Below, in pieces: positions 19,487 to 28,866 of a DNA stretch of 41,061 bases. Position 1 is the first letter of the stretch. Every line of letters starts with the position of its first letter. This DNA is from Mycoplasmatota bacterium (lineage in GTDB: Bacteria > Bacillota_I > Bacilli_A > RF39 > UBA660), in assembly GCA_022768045.1 (NCBI GenBank), contig JALEND010000032.1, positions 1 to 41,061 on the forward strand. The letters run 5' to 3'. The notes below the pieces were generated by a model. That model was given only the letters and a program-made list of their open reading frames with translations. It did no database searches and was not told the DNA's origin. The translations under genes were made by a program, and so were the position numbers.

Positions 19487-21442
19487 TTAATTTACCTTCA
19501 TTTCAAATATTATATCACGAAGCTCCATAGCACGCTCAAAGTCTAAGTTATCAGCTGCCTTTTGCATTTCTTCTTCTAACTCTTTAATAATCTTTTCATT
19601 AGCATTAACTTGTTTTTTAGTATTTTTATTTTTATTTTTTTCATCGTTTTCATTAATACTAACTACATCCATTATTTTTTTATTTATCGTCTTTGGAATT
19701 ATATGATGTTCCTCGTTATATTTAATTTGTATAGCACGTCTTCTCTTTGTTTCTTCTATAGCTGTCTTCATTGCATCACTAACTATATCGCCATACATAA
19801 TTACCTTACCTTCTGCGTTTCTAGCACATCTACCAATAGTTTGTATTAAACTTCTATGACTTCTTAAAAAGCCTTGTTTATCTGCATCTAAAATAGCTAC
19901 TAAACTAACTTCAGGAATATCAAGACCTTCTCTAAGTAAATTAATTCCAACTAACACATCATACTTTCCAGCTCTTAAATCATGAATTATTTTTAATCTT
20001 TCTAATGTTTTAACCTCACTATGAAGGTATGCTACTTTTATATTTAAGTTTTTAAGGTAAGAAGTTAATTCTTCTGCCATACGAATAGTTAGTGTAGTAA
20101 CAAGTGTTCTATCACCTTTTTCTATTTGTTTTTCTATTTCTTCAATTAAATCATCTATCTGATTACTTGACTTTCTAACTTCTATTAAAGGATCTAAAAG
20201 ACCTGTTGGTCTAATAATTTGTTCTACTACTTTATTATCTACTTTATTTAATTCTTCATCTCCAGGTGTTGCAGATACATATATAACTTGATTTATTTTT
20301 TCTTCAAATTCCTCATATTTAAGTGGTCTATTATCAAGTGCTGATGGAAGTCTAAATCCATAATCAACTAGCATTTGTTTTCTTGCCCTATCTCCATTAT
20401 ACATAGCCTTAACTTGTGGTAAAGTAACATGAGATTCATCAATAACCATTAAATAATCATCTGGAAAAAAGTCTAAAAGACAAGTAGGTGTTTCTCCTTC
20501 TTTTTTCAAAGCTAAATGTCTTGAGTAATTTTCTATTCCAGAACAAAAGCCTGTTTCTTCTAACATTTCTATATCATGTTTGCACCTCTGTTCCAGGCGT
20601 TCCTTTTCTAGTGGCTTATCATTTTCCTCAAAATATTTTAATCTATCTTCTAATTCATCTTTTATGTTAACTATTGCTTTTTTTAGCTTTTCCTCTCCAG
20701 TTACAAAGTGAGAAGCAGGCATTATTGACACAAACTTCTTATTATTTATAATTGCACCTGTTAAAACATCAAATTCAGAAATCCTATCTATTTCATCCCC
20801 AAAAAGTTCTATTCTTATACCATGAGCCCTTTCATAAGATGGAATAATTTCTATTACATCGCCTTTTGCTCTAAAAGTACCACGAGATAAATCTATGTTA
20901 TTTCTTTCATACATCATATCAACTAGTTTAGATAAAACCTCATTTCTTTTGATTTCATCTCCAACCTTTAAGGTAAGCATATGATTTTCATACTCTTCTT
21001 TATCTCCTATACCATATATACAAGAAACCGAAGCTACTACAATAACATCTTTTTCATTTATTAGTGCAGAAGTTGCGTAGTGTCTTAATTCATCTATTTC
21101 ATCATTTATAGAAGAATCTTTTTCAATATATGTATCACTAGATGGTACATAAGCTTCTGGTTGATAATAATCATAATAAGATACAAAATAACAAACATGA
21201 TTATTTGGAAATAGTTCTTTTAATTCTGAATAAAGTTGTCCTGCCAATGTTTTATTATGAGCAAGTACTATAGTTGGTTTATTTACTTCTTTAATTACAT
21301 TAGCTATTGTAAACGTTTTACCAGTTCCAGTTGCGCCTAGCAATACTTGATATCTTTTTTTATCTTCTATTCCTCTAGATAGTTCTTTTATTGCCTCAGG
21401 TTGATCACCAGATGGTTTAAAATTGGATTTTAATTCAAACAT
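19487..21442 (-). CDS. uvrB: Excinuclease ABC subunit B
   Basis: [18 protein letters not shown]..., GATGTGKTF Walker A, DESH box, C-terminal UVR domain ...[13 protein letters not shown] 21442 has AAGGAGGAT correctly spaced. The track ORF extension to 21520 is unlike UvrB. Confidence 0.97.
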   Translation of the reverse strand: MFELKSNFKPSGDQPEAIKELSRGIEDKKRYQVLLGATGTGKTFTIANVIKEVNKPTIVLAHNKTLAGQLYSELKELFPNNHVCYFVSYYDYYQPEAYVPSSDTYIEKDSSINDEIDELRHYATSALINEKDVIVVASVSCIYGIGDKEEYENHMLTLKVGDEIKRNEVLSKLVDMMYERNNIDLSRGTFRAKGDVIEIIPSYERAHGIRIELFGDEIDRISEFDVLTGAIINNKKFVSIMPASHFVTGEEKLKKAIVNIKDELEDRLKYFEENDKPLEKERLEQRCKHDIEMLEETGFCSGIENYSRHLALKKEGETPTCLLDFFPDDYLMVIDESHVTLPQVKAMYNGDRARKQMLVDYGFRLPSALDNRPLKYEEFEEKINQVIYVSATPGDEELNKVDNKVVEQIIRPTGLLDPLIEVRKSSNQIDDLIEEIEKQIEKGDRTLVTTLTIRMAEELTSYLKNLNIKVAYLHSEVKTLERLKIIHDLRAGKYDVLVGINLLREGLDIPEVSLVAILDADKQGFLRSHRSLIQTIGRCARNAEGKVIMYGDIVSDAMKTAIEETKRRRAIQIKYNEEHHIIPKTINKKIMDVVSINENDEKNKNKNTKKQVNANEKIIKELEEEMQKAADNLDFERAMELRDIIFEMKVN

Positions 21443-21653
21443 AACATCCTCCTTACTATGACTACTATCAACCACAAAATTCGTCCTAATGTTTTGGTTA
21501 ATAGTTAACTTTTTCGTCATGGACGAATAAAAGTCACAAATTCATTTCTTACACCACAAGCACTTGCTAATATTAAATAACATTAAAAAGAACTAAATGG
21601 AATAAATTCTAAATCATATTTTATCAGTTATAAATAGTATGTTCAAGCCTTTT

Positions 21654-22163
21654 TTATATTAAGCAGCATAGGTTTCGAGAACATGTTTCTATTATAACAT
21701 TAATAATTTCATTATTACTTAAATCTGCCCCAATTATTTTCTTAGACCTAACCCTTTCAATGAACGGTTCTAATTCTTCCAAACAATCTGAAATTATTTC
21801 TTCATTATCAACAAATACATCCATAGTTATAATTTCGTTTGAATTCCCCATCAAATTTGATACAGCTTCAAAAACAATATCGGGAATATCTAATATTCTG
21901 TTACTTGAAAATGATTTAACTTTTATATCTTGCTTTGTATATTCTCCTGTTTTAAGATGTATTACATTAGTGTTTGCTTTCTTACCAAGCTGCCTACTCA
22001 CCTTTAAAATTCTATGAATATAATCAATATCACTAAATTTTAATTCTAAAATTTCTCCCTTGCAAAGTCCACAAAGCAAACCAAACAATATTTCCAAATA
22101 CCACGAACCATTTATGTCTTCTTGTAATAATAATTTTATCGTATTTCCCTTATATTTCTTTAA
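21654..22163 (-). pseudogene. Tyrosine recombinase (phage integrase family) remnant
   Basis: The frame opens straight after a stop with no N-terminal domain. It reads ...WYLEILFGLLCGLCKGEILELKFSDIDY...VKSFSSNRILDIPD, i.e. the box-I region (G-L-R-x-G-E, here with Cys in place of the catalytic Arg) and the following strand. No HxxR or catalytic Tyr follows. Confidence 0.6.
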
Positions 22164-22384
22164 TTAAAATATTTCCTAATGCTTTAATTATCATTGATAC
22201 TTTTCATATTATTCAATTGATATCACATGCTTTAAATAAAACTAGGATAATTATTATGAAAAAAGATAAAGTATATTATAACAAACTTAAAAGATATTAA
22301 AGATTGTTATTAAAAGAATAGCATTTTGTTTTAGATCATTTATTAGATTTAAAACTAAAATTCTTATTTGTAAAAATCTGCTTA

Positions 22385-22426
22385 AAATAAACAAAAAAGC
22401 GAACAACGGATTATTTGTTATTCGCT
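22385..22426 (-). terminator. Rho-independent terminator after the PEP-utilising enzyme gene
   Basis: GCGAAUAAC-aaauaauc(c)-GUUGUUCGC followed by UUUUUUGUUUAUUUU on the minus strand, about 10 nt after the stop. Confidence 0.75.
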
Positions 22427-22436
22427 TAAATAATTA

Positions 22437-24209
22437 TCACTTATTTGTGTCTACACACACTATTTTACAATCAACCTTTTTTAATGTTTTAATTTTCCCC
22501 TTATATACCTTACCATTATCGCCATCTATTGTTAGTTCTTTTTCATTCCATATTTTTTTCATATTATCGCCACCTATTCCAATAACACAAGGAATTCCCA
22601 ATTCTCTAGCAATAATTGCTGAATGACATAAAAAACCTCCAACAGCAGTTACAATTCCAGAAGATTTTGATAATATATTCATCCATTCGGGATCTGTGTA
22701 CCAAGCCATTAATATATCGTCTTTTTTCCAATCATTAACTTTATCAATATATCTAACATTAATAAATCTTGCATTCCCTGAAACCACTCCTGGAGATGCT
22801 GGAATTCCAGAAAAAAATTCATCTCCTTCAATAGAAATATTATTATCGGTCGTGTTATCCAAATAAATTTTAGAAGTAACTGGTCTATATTGTAACATAC
22901 ATATTTTACCATCCAAAATCATCCATTCAAAATCTGATATTGTTCCTATTTTTATTTGTATATCTAATAACAATTTTCCTATATATCCATCTTTACATTT
23001 TAACAGATTATTCTTATCTGTTTTTTTGTCCCACACTTCTCTCTTAGGAGTTACTTTTCCGGATACTAGTTTTTCTCCGTCACCTTCAGTATATTCTAAA
23101 ACACCTGAATTCAAATCGTTTCCAATCCATACTCCAGATATTTCTGGTTCAATAAATTTTTGAACTACTATTGCCATATTTGGATTACCTAAATTATAGT
23201 GTTCTACGTATTTTTTTACTCTTTCATTGTTTTTAGACATTTTTACTAATTTCACATATTTATCTATATCTTGCAACCCAACATCTAAATATGAATCAAA
23301 CATTCCAGCAAAAGAGTTTTTTTCTCCATCTTCTATATCAGCTGAACTCCTTACCGAATAACGAATATTTTGATTTAATAAATTTGTGTATGTTGATTCA
23401 TCAGAACTTACTGGAATAACATAAGTTTCGGGTATTGTAATTCCCAAAGAATTTAATATTGTTAATCCATAACCTTTTCCACCTATAATTTTTACTAATT
23501 CTTTTTTTAATCCTGCTAAATAATATTTAGATAATTCATCTATTGTAAGAATAGGTTTATTATTTAAATAATTTAGTTTTTGCAAGGTTAATGGTGTTTC
23601 AAAATCAAAAGTCCCATTGTTATTTTTATCAATATAATTTTTCTCAACCTCATTTAATAAAGGCTCAATTGATTCATAATAAAAATTATGATTAATATCT
23701 TGCCATTTTTTTAACACGAGATACTTATTTAATAAATCATCTTCAATATTTTTATCTTCATTTTCGTTCAAAATTTTTTTACCATCTACCGATAAGAAAG
23801 CCTTATCCACTTTTTGAATTATGCTTAAATAATTTTCACCATACTTACTTTTTATTTCATCAATTAAGTTATCACAAAATGAACTTAATTCATCAATAGA
23901 CTCAAATAATCCAACGTAAATCATAGCTATAGACATTTCATGAAATTTATCTTCTTCATTTGAATTTTTAACCTTTTCTAATGAAGTTTCTATTTTAGAA
24001 TGTAAATAGCTTAATAATTTATCAAGATTTTCTGATGTAATATCATTTCTGCATAAATCAATATATTGTTGAATTTCCGTCATTAATTCTTTATCATTAA
24101 CAGTCTCTAGTAGCACTTTACTCGACCACGTATCTAAGTTTTTTGGAAAAAAGCAATCAACATACTTTTCCTTAAATTCCTTATATTCTTTTAAACTAAC
24201 ATTACTCAT
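22437..24209 (-). CDS. PEP-utilising enzyme family protein (PPDK_N ATP-grasp plus swivel phospho-His domain) with uncharacterised N-terminal domain
   Basis: Residues from about 235 on carry GGKGYGLTILNSLGITIPETYVIP, VRSSADIEDGEKNSFAGMFDSYLDV, MAIVVQKFIEPEISGV, GEKLVSGKVTP and DFEWMILDGKICMLQYRPVT (PEP/pyruvate-binding ATP-grasp). The C-terminus carries GIPASPGVVSG...GIVTAVGGFLCHSAIIARELGIPCVIG (mobile His domain). The first ~230 aa match nothing I recognise. Confidence 0.8.
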   Translation of the reverse strand: MSNVSLKEYKEFKEKYVDCFFPKNLDTWSSKVLLETVNDKELMTEIQQYIDLCRNDITSENLDKLLSYLHSKIETSLEKVKNSNEEDKFHEMSIAMIYVGLFESIDELSSFCDNLIDEIKSKYGENYLSIIQKVDKAFLSVDGKKILNENEDKNIEDDLLNKYLVLKKWQDINHNFYYESIEPLLNEVEKNYIDKNNNGTFDFETPLTLQKLNYLNNKPILTIDELSKYYLAGLKKELVKIIGGKGYGLTILNSLGITIPETYVIPVSSDESTYTNLLNQNIRYSVRSSADIEDGEKNSFAGMFDSYLDVGLQDIDKYVKLVKMSKNNERVKKYVEHYNLGNPNMAIVVQKFIEPEISGVWIGNDLNSGVLEYTEGDGEKLVSGKVTPKREVWDKKTDKNNLLKCKDGYIGKLLLDIQIKIGTISDFEWMILDGKICMLQYRPVTSKIYLDNTTDNNISIEGDEFFSGIPASPGVVSGNARFINVRYIDKVNDWKKDDILMAWYTDPEWMNILSKSSGIVTAVGGFLCHSAIIARELGIPCVIGIGGDNMKKIWNEKELTIDGDNGKVYKGKIKTLKKVDCKIVCVDTNK

Positions 24210-24847
24210 TTATTTCACATCCTTTCTAAAATTTAAACTAATTATATTTCTATCTAAATATAAATATTGTACCCTATGTATCACAGAATTTCTTATATTT
24301 AGATATTTTCTTATCTTATATAATTTATTAAATAAATATATTATATAATTTAAATAATGCTTATAATTATATTCTAATATTAAATTCAAATCATCACTTT
24401 TAATGTTATAATCTTTACTAAGTTCAGAATTTCTAACCAACAAAAATTTATTTAAACCAAAATTATCAATGATATTATAAATTATAACACTTAAAGATAC
24501 TTTATTCGTTAAATATCTAATAATTGTTTTAAACGGTATAATGTTAATATCCCTCAAATATCCATTGCGAATATTTATCAAAGGAGTGCTATATCTTCCA
24601 ACAAACATAGTTAAAAAAAACAAAAATATAAAATACAAAATTATATAAATTGTAATATTGTTTTTATATGTTTCTTTTTTATCTACTTTTATACCACATA
24701 AAAAGGTTAACAAAGCTATCAACGCAAAAGTTATTATTGCTGTAATAAAACTAACATAAATATTAGGATTAAAGACAAGTAAAAAAACAAAGATAAAGTT
24801 ATTATTGCAACACTATAATTTAATATTTTAAGTTTACTATTTGACAT
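24210..24847 (-). pseudogene. VanZ-like membrane protein, frameshifted near the 5' end and with a non-VanZ 3' end
   Basis: ATG 24847 opens MSNSKLKILNYSVAIITLSLFF..., which stops at 24734. The -1 frame is open from 24812 and continues with TM helices and the VanZ-type N-I-I-P-F-K-T-I motif. A T7 run (24781-24787) lies in the frame-overlap zone. After about residue 85 of the track ORF the sequence becomes hydrophilic, low-complexity and AT-rich. Confidence 0.4.
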
Positions 24848-25028
24848 ATTTTTTCTTCTTCGAAACACCTATGTTAATAATATCATTTATAATAAAATTA
24901 ATCTATATTTACAAGTAAATTAATTTATTTTTTTGATATCGTATGATTAATTTAAAAACAGTTTTGTTTATAACTTTGAAAAGATATTTAATTATGTTAT
25001 AATCATATTTGGAAATTAAGGTGATTAA

Positions 25029-26666
25029 ATGGTTAAAGAAAAAAAGAAAAGTAGTTTTATAAACGACTCTTTTATATCTATATTTGGGGTTGTTGCATGT
25101 AAAGTAATAGGTCTTTTATATGTAATACCGTTTTATGCAATGATTTCAACTGCTGGTGGTGCTTTATATAGCTACGCATATTCTATTTATACTTTATTTT
25201 TAAGTCTATCAACAAGCGGTATACCAGCTGCCATGAGTAAAATAATTAGTGAATATAACTCACTTGGATATAATAATACAAAAATAAAAGTATATAAAAT
25301 AGGTTTATCTATTATGATGATACTTGGTATAGTTGGATTTATATTAATGATGGTATTTGCTCCACAACTTGCACATATGTTAATAGGCAATATGAAAGGT
25401 GGAAATAGTATCTCTGACATAGCATTTGTAATTAGAATAATATCAAGTGCACTTTTAATAGTTCCTATGCTTAGTGTAACAAAAGGGTATTTCCAAGGAC
25501 AGAAAATGTTTAAACAAGCTGCATGGTCAAATGTCATAGAACAAGTAGCTAGAGTAGCATTTTTATTAATAGGATGCTATTTATGTATCTATAAATTTAA
25601 AATAGATGAAAAATTTGCAATTGCTGTTGCTGTTTTCTCTGCTACTATTGGAGCAGTTGCTGCATACTTATATTTATATTATAAGAAAAGAAAAAACAAA
25701 GAAATTTTCTCTGTTATGACAAAAGATAAGAAAGAAGAAAAAGGACTTGATAAGAAAACGCTTGACAAACAGATTATTGCCTGTGCTGTTCCTTTCATAG
25801 TAATAGATTTATTAAAGTCTGCTTATGGAATGGTTGATTCTTTAACTGTTGTACGGGGAATGACATACATGGGTTATAGTGCAGAAGTAAGTGAACTTGC
25901 TCTTTCTACGTTTGCTACATGGGGTGCTAAGTTAACAATGATTGTAATATCCATTTCAATGGGATTAACTACAAGCTTAATACCAAATATTGCTAGCGAT
26001 AACATTAAAGGTGATCATGATAAAGTAAATAGAAAAATCAGTCTAGCAATTATAATGTTACTTTTCATAACGCTTCCTATGACTATTGGAATATCATTTT
26101 TAGCTAAACCAATATGGATCATCTTCTATAGTTATAAAGAAGTTAGTATTGATATATTTAAATTATTTATATTTACAGCTGCTTCATTTGCAATATATTC
26201 AGTAATAATCAATATAGCTCAAACATTAAATCATACAAAACAAGTTTTAATTACACTTGCAACTGCATTTATTCTTAACTTTATTGGTAATATTCCTTTC
26301 ATGTATTTATGCCATAAATTAGGTATGGGAGCATATCAAGGGGCTAGTATTTGTACTTTAATTACAGAGTTATTACCTGCATTATATTTGTTAATATACA
26401 TAAAGAAAAAACATAATTTAAAATTTAAAGAACTAACTAAGAACACATTTAAGATAATATTATGTAACTTAATAATGGTTGTTTCATTAATTTTACTATC
26501 ACAAATTATTCCTTTAAATTCATTACATAAAACAAGTTGTATGATAGAAGTTTTAATTTATGCATTTGTAGGTATGATAGTTTACATAATTGCAAGTTAC
26601 TTTGCTGGTTTAATCAAAGAAATTGGTGGAGATAGAATACTAAAAAAACTAAGACTTAAATCTTAG
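25029..26666 (+). CDS. MOP-superfamily flippase, MurJ/YtgP/SpoVB-like (lipid II or polysaccharide flippase)
   Basis: 545 aa with about 14 TM helices. The N-terminal FINDSFISIFGVVACKVIGLLYVIPF and ...LSTSGIPAAMSKIISE pattern is typical of Firmicutes MurJ-type proteins. It is the only plus-strand gene. Confidence 0.75.
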   Translation: MVKEKKKSSFINDSFISIFGVVACKVIGLLYVIPFYAMISTAGGALYSYAYSIYTLFLSLSTSGIPAAMSKIISEYNSLGYNNTKIKVYKIGLSIMMILGIVGFILMMVFAPQLAHMLIGNMKGGNSISDIAFVIRIISSALLIVPMLSVTKGYFQGQKMFKQAAWSNVIEQVARVAFLLIGCYLCIYKFKIDEKFAIAVAVFSATIGAVAAYLYLYYKKRKNKEIFSVMTKDKKEEKGLDKKTLDKQIIACAVPFIVIDLLKSAYGMVDSLTVVRGMTYMGYSAEVSELALSTFATWGAKLTMIVISISMGLTTSLIPNIASDNIKGDHDKVNRKISLAIIMLLFITLPMTIGISFLAKPIWIIFYSYKEVSIDIFKLFIFTAASFAIYSVIINIAQTLNHTKQVLITLATAFILNFIGNIPFMYLCHKLGMGAYQGASICTLITELLPALYLLIYIKKKHNLKFKELTKNTFKIILCNLIMVVSLILLSQIIPLNSLHKTSCMIEVLIYAFVGMIVYIIASYFAGLIKEIGGDRILKKLRLKS

Positions 26667-27321
26667 TTTTTATTATATCTGATAATACTTTAATAGAATC
26701 TATAATAAATGGATCTTCTATTTTTTCATCACTATATATAACTGATAGTTCTGTGCATCCAAATATTACTCTTTCTGCACCCTTTTCTTTTAAATTATCT
26801 ATTGCATCATAAAGTTTATTAATACTTACTTTTTTATTAGCTTTAACCTCTTTATATATAATGTCCATTACATTATTTTGATTTTTATCATCAGGTATTA
26901 CAACTTCTATCCCATATTTTTTAAGCTCATTTTTATATATGTTACTTTCTATAGTTCCATTAGTTGCAAGTAAACCTACTTTCTTAATACTTAAATTATT
27001 AACAAATTTAGCTGTTTCTTCTACTATATTTAAAAATGGACAATTAATTTTATCCTTTATTTTATTATAAAAATAAGAAGCTGTATTACATGGCATAGTT
27101 ATTAAATCAATATTATAAAGTTCTAGTTTTTCTATCATATTTAATATATTTTCTGTTGGGTCTTCTGTACTTTTATTTAATATAAAGTTTGTTCTATCTG
27201 GCGTTGTAGGATCATTTATAACCACTAGATCATATTTATCACCTAACTGTCTCATAAGTGTTACAGTAGCCATAGGTCCTAATCCACCAACTATTCCTAT
27301 CTTCTTTTTCATTTTAATCAT
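26656..27321 (-). CDS. Aspartate racemase (Asp/Glu/hydantoin racemase family)
   Basis: KKIGIVGGLGPMATV start and both catalytic-Cys blocks present (ITMPCNTASYFY and VIFGCTELSV). Confidence 0.8.
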   Translation of the reverse strand: MIKMKKKIGIVGGLGPMATVTLMRQLGDKYDLVVINDPTTPDRTNFILNKSTEDPTENILNMIEKLELYNIDLITMPCNTASYFYNKIKDKINCPFLNIVEETAKFVNNLSIKKVGLLATNGTIESNIYKNELKKYGIEVVIPDDKNQNNVMDIIYKEVKANKKVSINKLYDAIDNLKEKGAERVIFGCTELSVIYSDEKIEDPFIIDSIKVLSDIIKTKI

Positions 27322-27592
27322 TCCTATACTTACTAACTATATATGAGATATCTTTCTTACTAAGAATATTAATGTCATGACAATTGACTTGATAATCATC
27401 TAATATCATTATTTCTTTTGAACCAATTTTTTTCAAATATAATAAACCTTCTTCTATTTTATCTGTTATTAAAATATTCATTTGTATATTTTCTTGATCG
27501 GTTTTAGCATTAGTCTTTATTAATATTTCTTCCATTACATTAATTACTTCTCTGCCATTTGAACCTATTATACCAATAAAATTATTTATCAT
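27314..27592 (-). pseudogene. Asp/Glu racemase N-terminal-domain remnant (92 aa, paralog fragment)
   Basis: NFIGIIGSNGREVINVMEEIL..NAKTDQENIQMNILITD parallels the racemase IGI.GG.GP.AT... / ..DQ.H.. blocks. The GG.G loop is degraded and no CNTA or GCTE catalytic block is present. Overlaps the racemase start by 8 nt. Confidence 0.4.
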
Positions 27593-27599
27593 AATAACC

Positions 27600-28805
27600 T
27601 TATTTATAATATTTATTATATCTTTGAATTGTTCTCATATATAATATTAATACATTTTTTAATCTAGATAATCCCATGTCTTTTTTATAAAATAATAAGT
27701 TAGAAGCCTTTTTTTGTTTATATAGGTACTTAACTTCACCTTTTAATTTTTCATCTTTTAAATGCTTTAATATAGTATGTTTTCCAACTACATTCCATAA
27801 ATGTTTATCTGTTAAATACTCAATTTTTCTTTTTTTATTATATATTACATCATCAACTAAATACTTAGTAATATTGTAACCACTAAGAGTTGTAAAAGAA
27901 GAACTTCTTCCTTGTCTAATATTAATTTCAAATATAATATATTCTTTAGTTCTCTCGTCATATTTAAAATCAAAATTTGCATAACCAAAAAACTTAATAT
28001 CTTCTAAAAAATCTTTTATTTTATTCATTAGTTTTTTATCATAGGTAGTTATAATTGCACCATAATCGCCTATCTCTTTTGGCGCCTTTTCTTCTAATAG
28101 TATTTGCCCTAAAGCCATAAATGTAACCTTGTGATTAGAATCAACATAAGCATTTAATACTCTTAATTTAGTATCATCACCTGGTATATATTCTTGTATA
28201 ATTAAAGAATCTTTATAACCAGACTTATATATTCCTTTAAATATACGTTTCATATCTTCTTTTGTTTCACAAATAAATACCTTCTTTTTGCCTTCAAAGT
28301 CACACTTCCAATATGCAACACTATTAGATGGTTTAATTATTATAGGAAAAGAAAAACTAGGCATATATTTTTTATAATCGTCATATGTACAAATCTCAGT
28401 TTTTGGATATTTTAATCCATATTTATCACATGTCTTATAAAATTGTTCTTTTAAAACTAGTTTATCCATTAATTTCTTATCAACATATGGAATTATGTAC
28501 TTATTTTTTAATTTAGACTTATTATTAATAATTAATTTCATATATACATCACTACATGCTATTAATATTAAGTCTATATCTTCGTAGTTTTTCTTTATCT
28601 CAAGTAATTTTTTTACAAATACTTCATCTTCTTCTAATCTTTCCTCTTTTATTGGAATTATTAGCTTGCTTCCAAGAGTCTCTCTTGCATCTCTTTTTCC
28701 AAGTGCAATTGATTTTATATTATATCCCTCATAAAATGCTAATGCCATACCATAAACATTTCTATCACTACCTAATAATACTGGTATGAATTTTTTATTT
28801 TTCAT
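27600..28805 (-). CDS. ATP-grasp carboxylate-amine ligase, probable D-aspartate ligase type (peptidoglycan side-chain/cross-bridge)
   Basis: 401 aa. FIPVLLGSDRNVYGMALAF..., LILIACSD, FPIIIKPSNSVAYW..FEGKKKVF, IIQEYIPGDDTKLRVLNAYVD, GYANFDFKYDERTKEYIIFEINIRQGRSS (ATP-grasp core). Directly upstream of an Asp racemase. Own extended -10 TGGTATAAT. Confidence 0.7.
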   Translation of the reverse strand: MKNKKFIPVLLGSDRNVYGMALAFYEGYNIKSIALGKRDARETLGSKLIIPIKEERLEEDEVFVKKLLEIKKNYEDIDLILIACSDVYMKLIINNKSKLKNKYIIPYVDKKLMDKLVLKEQFYKTCDKYGLKYPKTEICTYDDYKKYMPSFSFPIIIKPSNSVAYWKCDFEGKKKVFICETKEDMKRIFKGIYKSGYKDSLIIQEYIPGDDTKLRVLNAYVDSNHKVTFMALGQILLEEKAPKEIGDYGAIITTYDKKLMNKIKDFLEDIKFFGYANFDFKYDERTKEYIIFEINIRQGRSSSFTTLSGYNITKYLVDDVIYNKKRKIEYLTDKHLWNVVGKHTILKHLKDEKLKGEVKYLYKQKKASNLLFYKKDMGLSRLKNVLILYMRTIQRYNKYYK

Positions 28806-28839
28806 ATTAACACCTCCTTATAATTATACCACCTTTAAA

Positions 28840-28866
28840 ATAAAAAAGGTAGCTAAAAAACTACCT
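28840..28866 (-). terminator. Rho-independent terminator after the coiled-coil M23 peptidase gene
   Basis: AGGUAG-uuuuuuag-CUACCU followed by UUUUUAUUUU on the minus strand. The stem overlaps the TAG stop. Confidence 0.6.

Noticed and set aside
21443-21520. The 26-codon N-terminal extension of uvrB in the ORF track ([26 protein letters not shown]).
   Set aside because: The extension is unlike UvrB N-termini and has no SD. The internal ATG at 21442 has AAGGAGGAT at ideal spacing and yields the canonical MFELKS...PSGDQP start.
22709-22912. Same-strand alternative-frame ORFs 22709-22912 (inside the PEP-utilising gene) and 33131-33319 (inside prfB).
   Set aside because: They are embedded out of frame in strongly supported genes, with no SD and no recognisable motifs.
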